Source: Rhizophagus irregularis (lineage: Eukaryota). Taken from it: a stretch of 64,000 nt of DNA. The notes under the pieces are model-generated. The model was not told the DNA's origin. It made no database searches and saw only the letters and a list, made by a program, of their open reading frames with translations. The stretch is taken from the NCBI RefSeq assembly GCF_026210795.1, contig NC_089429.1, positions 7,440,001-7,504,000 of the forward strand, given 5' to 3'. A program made the position numbers and the translations under genes. Positions 62,902 to 64,000 of this stretch are shown here, in pieces. Position 1 is the first letter of the stretch; every line of letters starts with the position of its first letter.

Positions 62902-63019
62902 TTAAAAAAATATTAAAAAAAATATCAATTTTTTTTAAAATTGATTTTTTTTTTAAAAAAACAAAGTTTCAAAGTTTTCAAGAATGAAACTTTCAAAACT
63001 TACCGTGAAAGGTCTCGCT

Positions 63020-64000
63020 TAGAGCTCTGCACAGGTCACGTCGGATCGGGTTACCTGGTTAATCTGAACTGAAATTTTTTTTCAGGTCAGGTCGGGTCGG
63101 ATAAACCGTTCTGATCTAACCTGACCCATTTAACCTGAAAGTATTCAGGTCACTTCAGGTAACTCAGGTTACCCGAAGTTTTATTATTAAATATTGTAAA
63201 AAAACGTTTTGTAACGGTTTTTTACTTTTGTTTTTATATATAAAACGCTGAAACTATTTGTTTCAGTATTTTCCTTTTGATTTTACATGTAAAAATGCCG
63301 AAACTGATAGTTTCAGCATTTTTTTTTGATTTTACATGTAAAAACGCCGGAATAATTAGTTCTGGCATTTTTCTTTTTGATTTTGCATGTAAAAACGCCA
63401 AAACTGATAGTTTCAGCGTTTTTTTTCGATTTTACATGTAAAAGCGCTGGAATAATTAGTTCTGGCATTTTTCTTTTTGATTTTACATGTAAAAACGCTG
63501 GAATAATTAGTTCCGGCATTTTCCTTTTTGATTATACATGTAAAAACGCTGAAACAGATAGTTTCGGCATTTTTTTTGATTTTACATGTAAAAGCACCAG
63601 AATAATTTGTTCTGGCATCTTTCTTTTTGATTTTACATGTAAAAATGCCGAAATAATTAGTTCTGGCGTTTTTTTTTTTGATTTTACATGTAAAAATGCC
63701 GAAACTGATAGTTTTGGCATTTTTTTTTGATTTTACATGTAAAAATGCCGGAATAATTAGTTCTGGCATTTTTTTTTTGATTTTGCATGTAAAAATGCCA
63801 AAACTGATAGTTTCAGCATTTTTTTTTGATTTTACATGTAAAAACGCCAGAATCATTAATTCCGGCGTTTTTCTTTTGATTTTACATGTAAAACTGCCGA
63901 AACTGATGGTTTCTGCATTTTTTTTGATTTTACATGTAAAAATGCTGAAACTAATAGTTTCAGCATTTTTTTTTGATTTTACATGTAAAAATACTGGAAT
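63020..64000. mobile_element. Probable hAT-type non-autonomous element (left end tagagctctgcac) with a ~60-bp tandem array running off the window
   Basis: TAGAG start; subterminal gggtc/acccg motifs; unit ttttgattttacatgtaaaaacgccgaaactgatagtttcagcattt from ~63240 on. Confidence 0.65.

Noticed and set aside
63313..63856. Repetitive ORFs at the window end (also 15077-15864, 34644-34921)
   Set aside because: Products of tandem or low-complexity repeats inside non-autonomous elements.

Overview
Very AT-rich, intron-containing eukaryotic DNA made almost entirely of nested transposable elements. Composition and TE repertoire suggest an arbuscular mycorrhizal (Glomeromycotina) fungus (inference). 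The first ~39 kb hold decayed P-like, IS630/Tc1, CACTA and hAT transposons, many MITEs, a fragmented LINE and a five-level nested insertion. The standout is a 14.6-kb element (42720-57296) inserted into a LINE ORF2, with ~464-bp terminal inverted repeats, GTCGTC...GACGAC ends and a 5-bp target duplication (ATAAC). It carries Polinton/Maverick-type genes: protein-primed family B DNA polymerase, D5/SF3 helicase, A32-type packaging ATPase and a chromodomain DDE integrase. It has no recognisable double jelly-roll capsid or adenain protease. Instead it encodes a Ty3/gypsy-like Gag followed, across a candidate -1 slippery site, by a retropepsin-type aspartic protease, with no RT, RNase H or LTRs. 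This looks like a DNA-virus-like mobile element that has adopted a retroelement capsid/protease module. Its genes appear intronless, and several are preceded by an AATTGAA motif and followed by T-runs. All calls come from motif reading by eye; no database searches were run.
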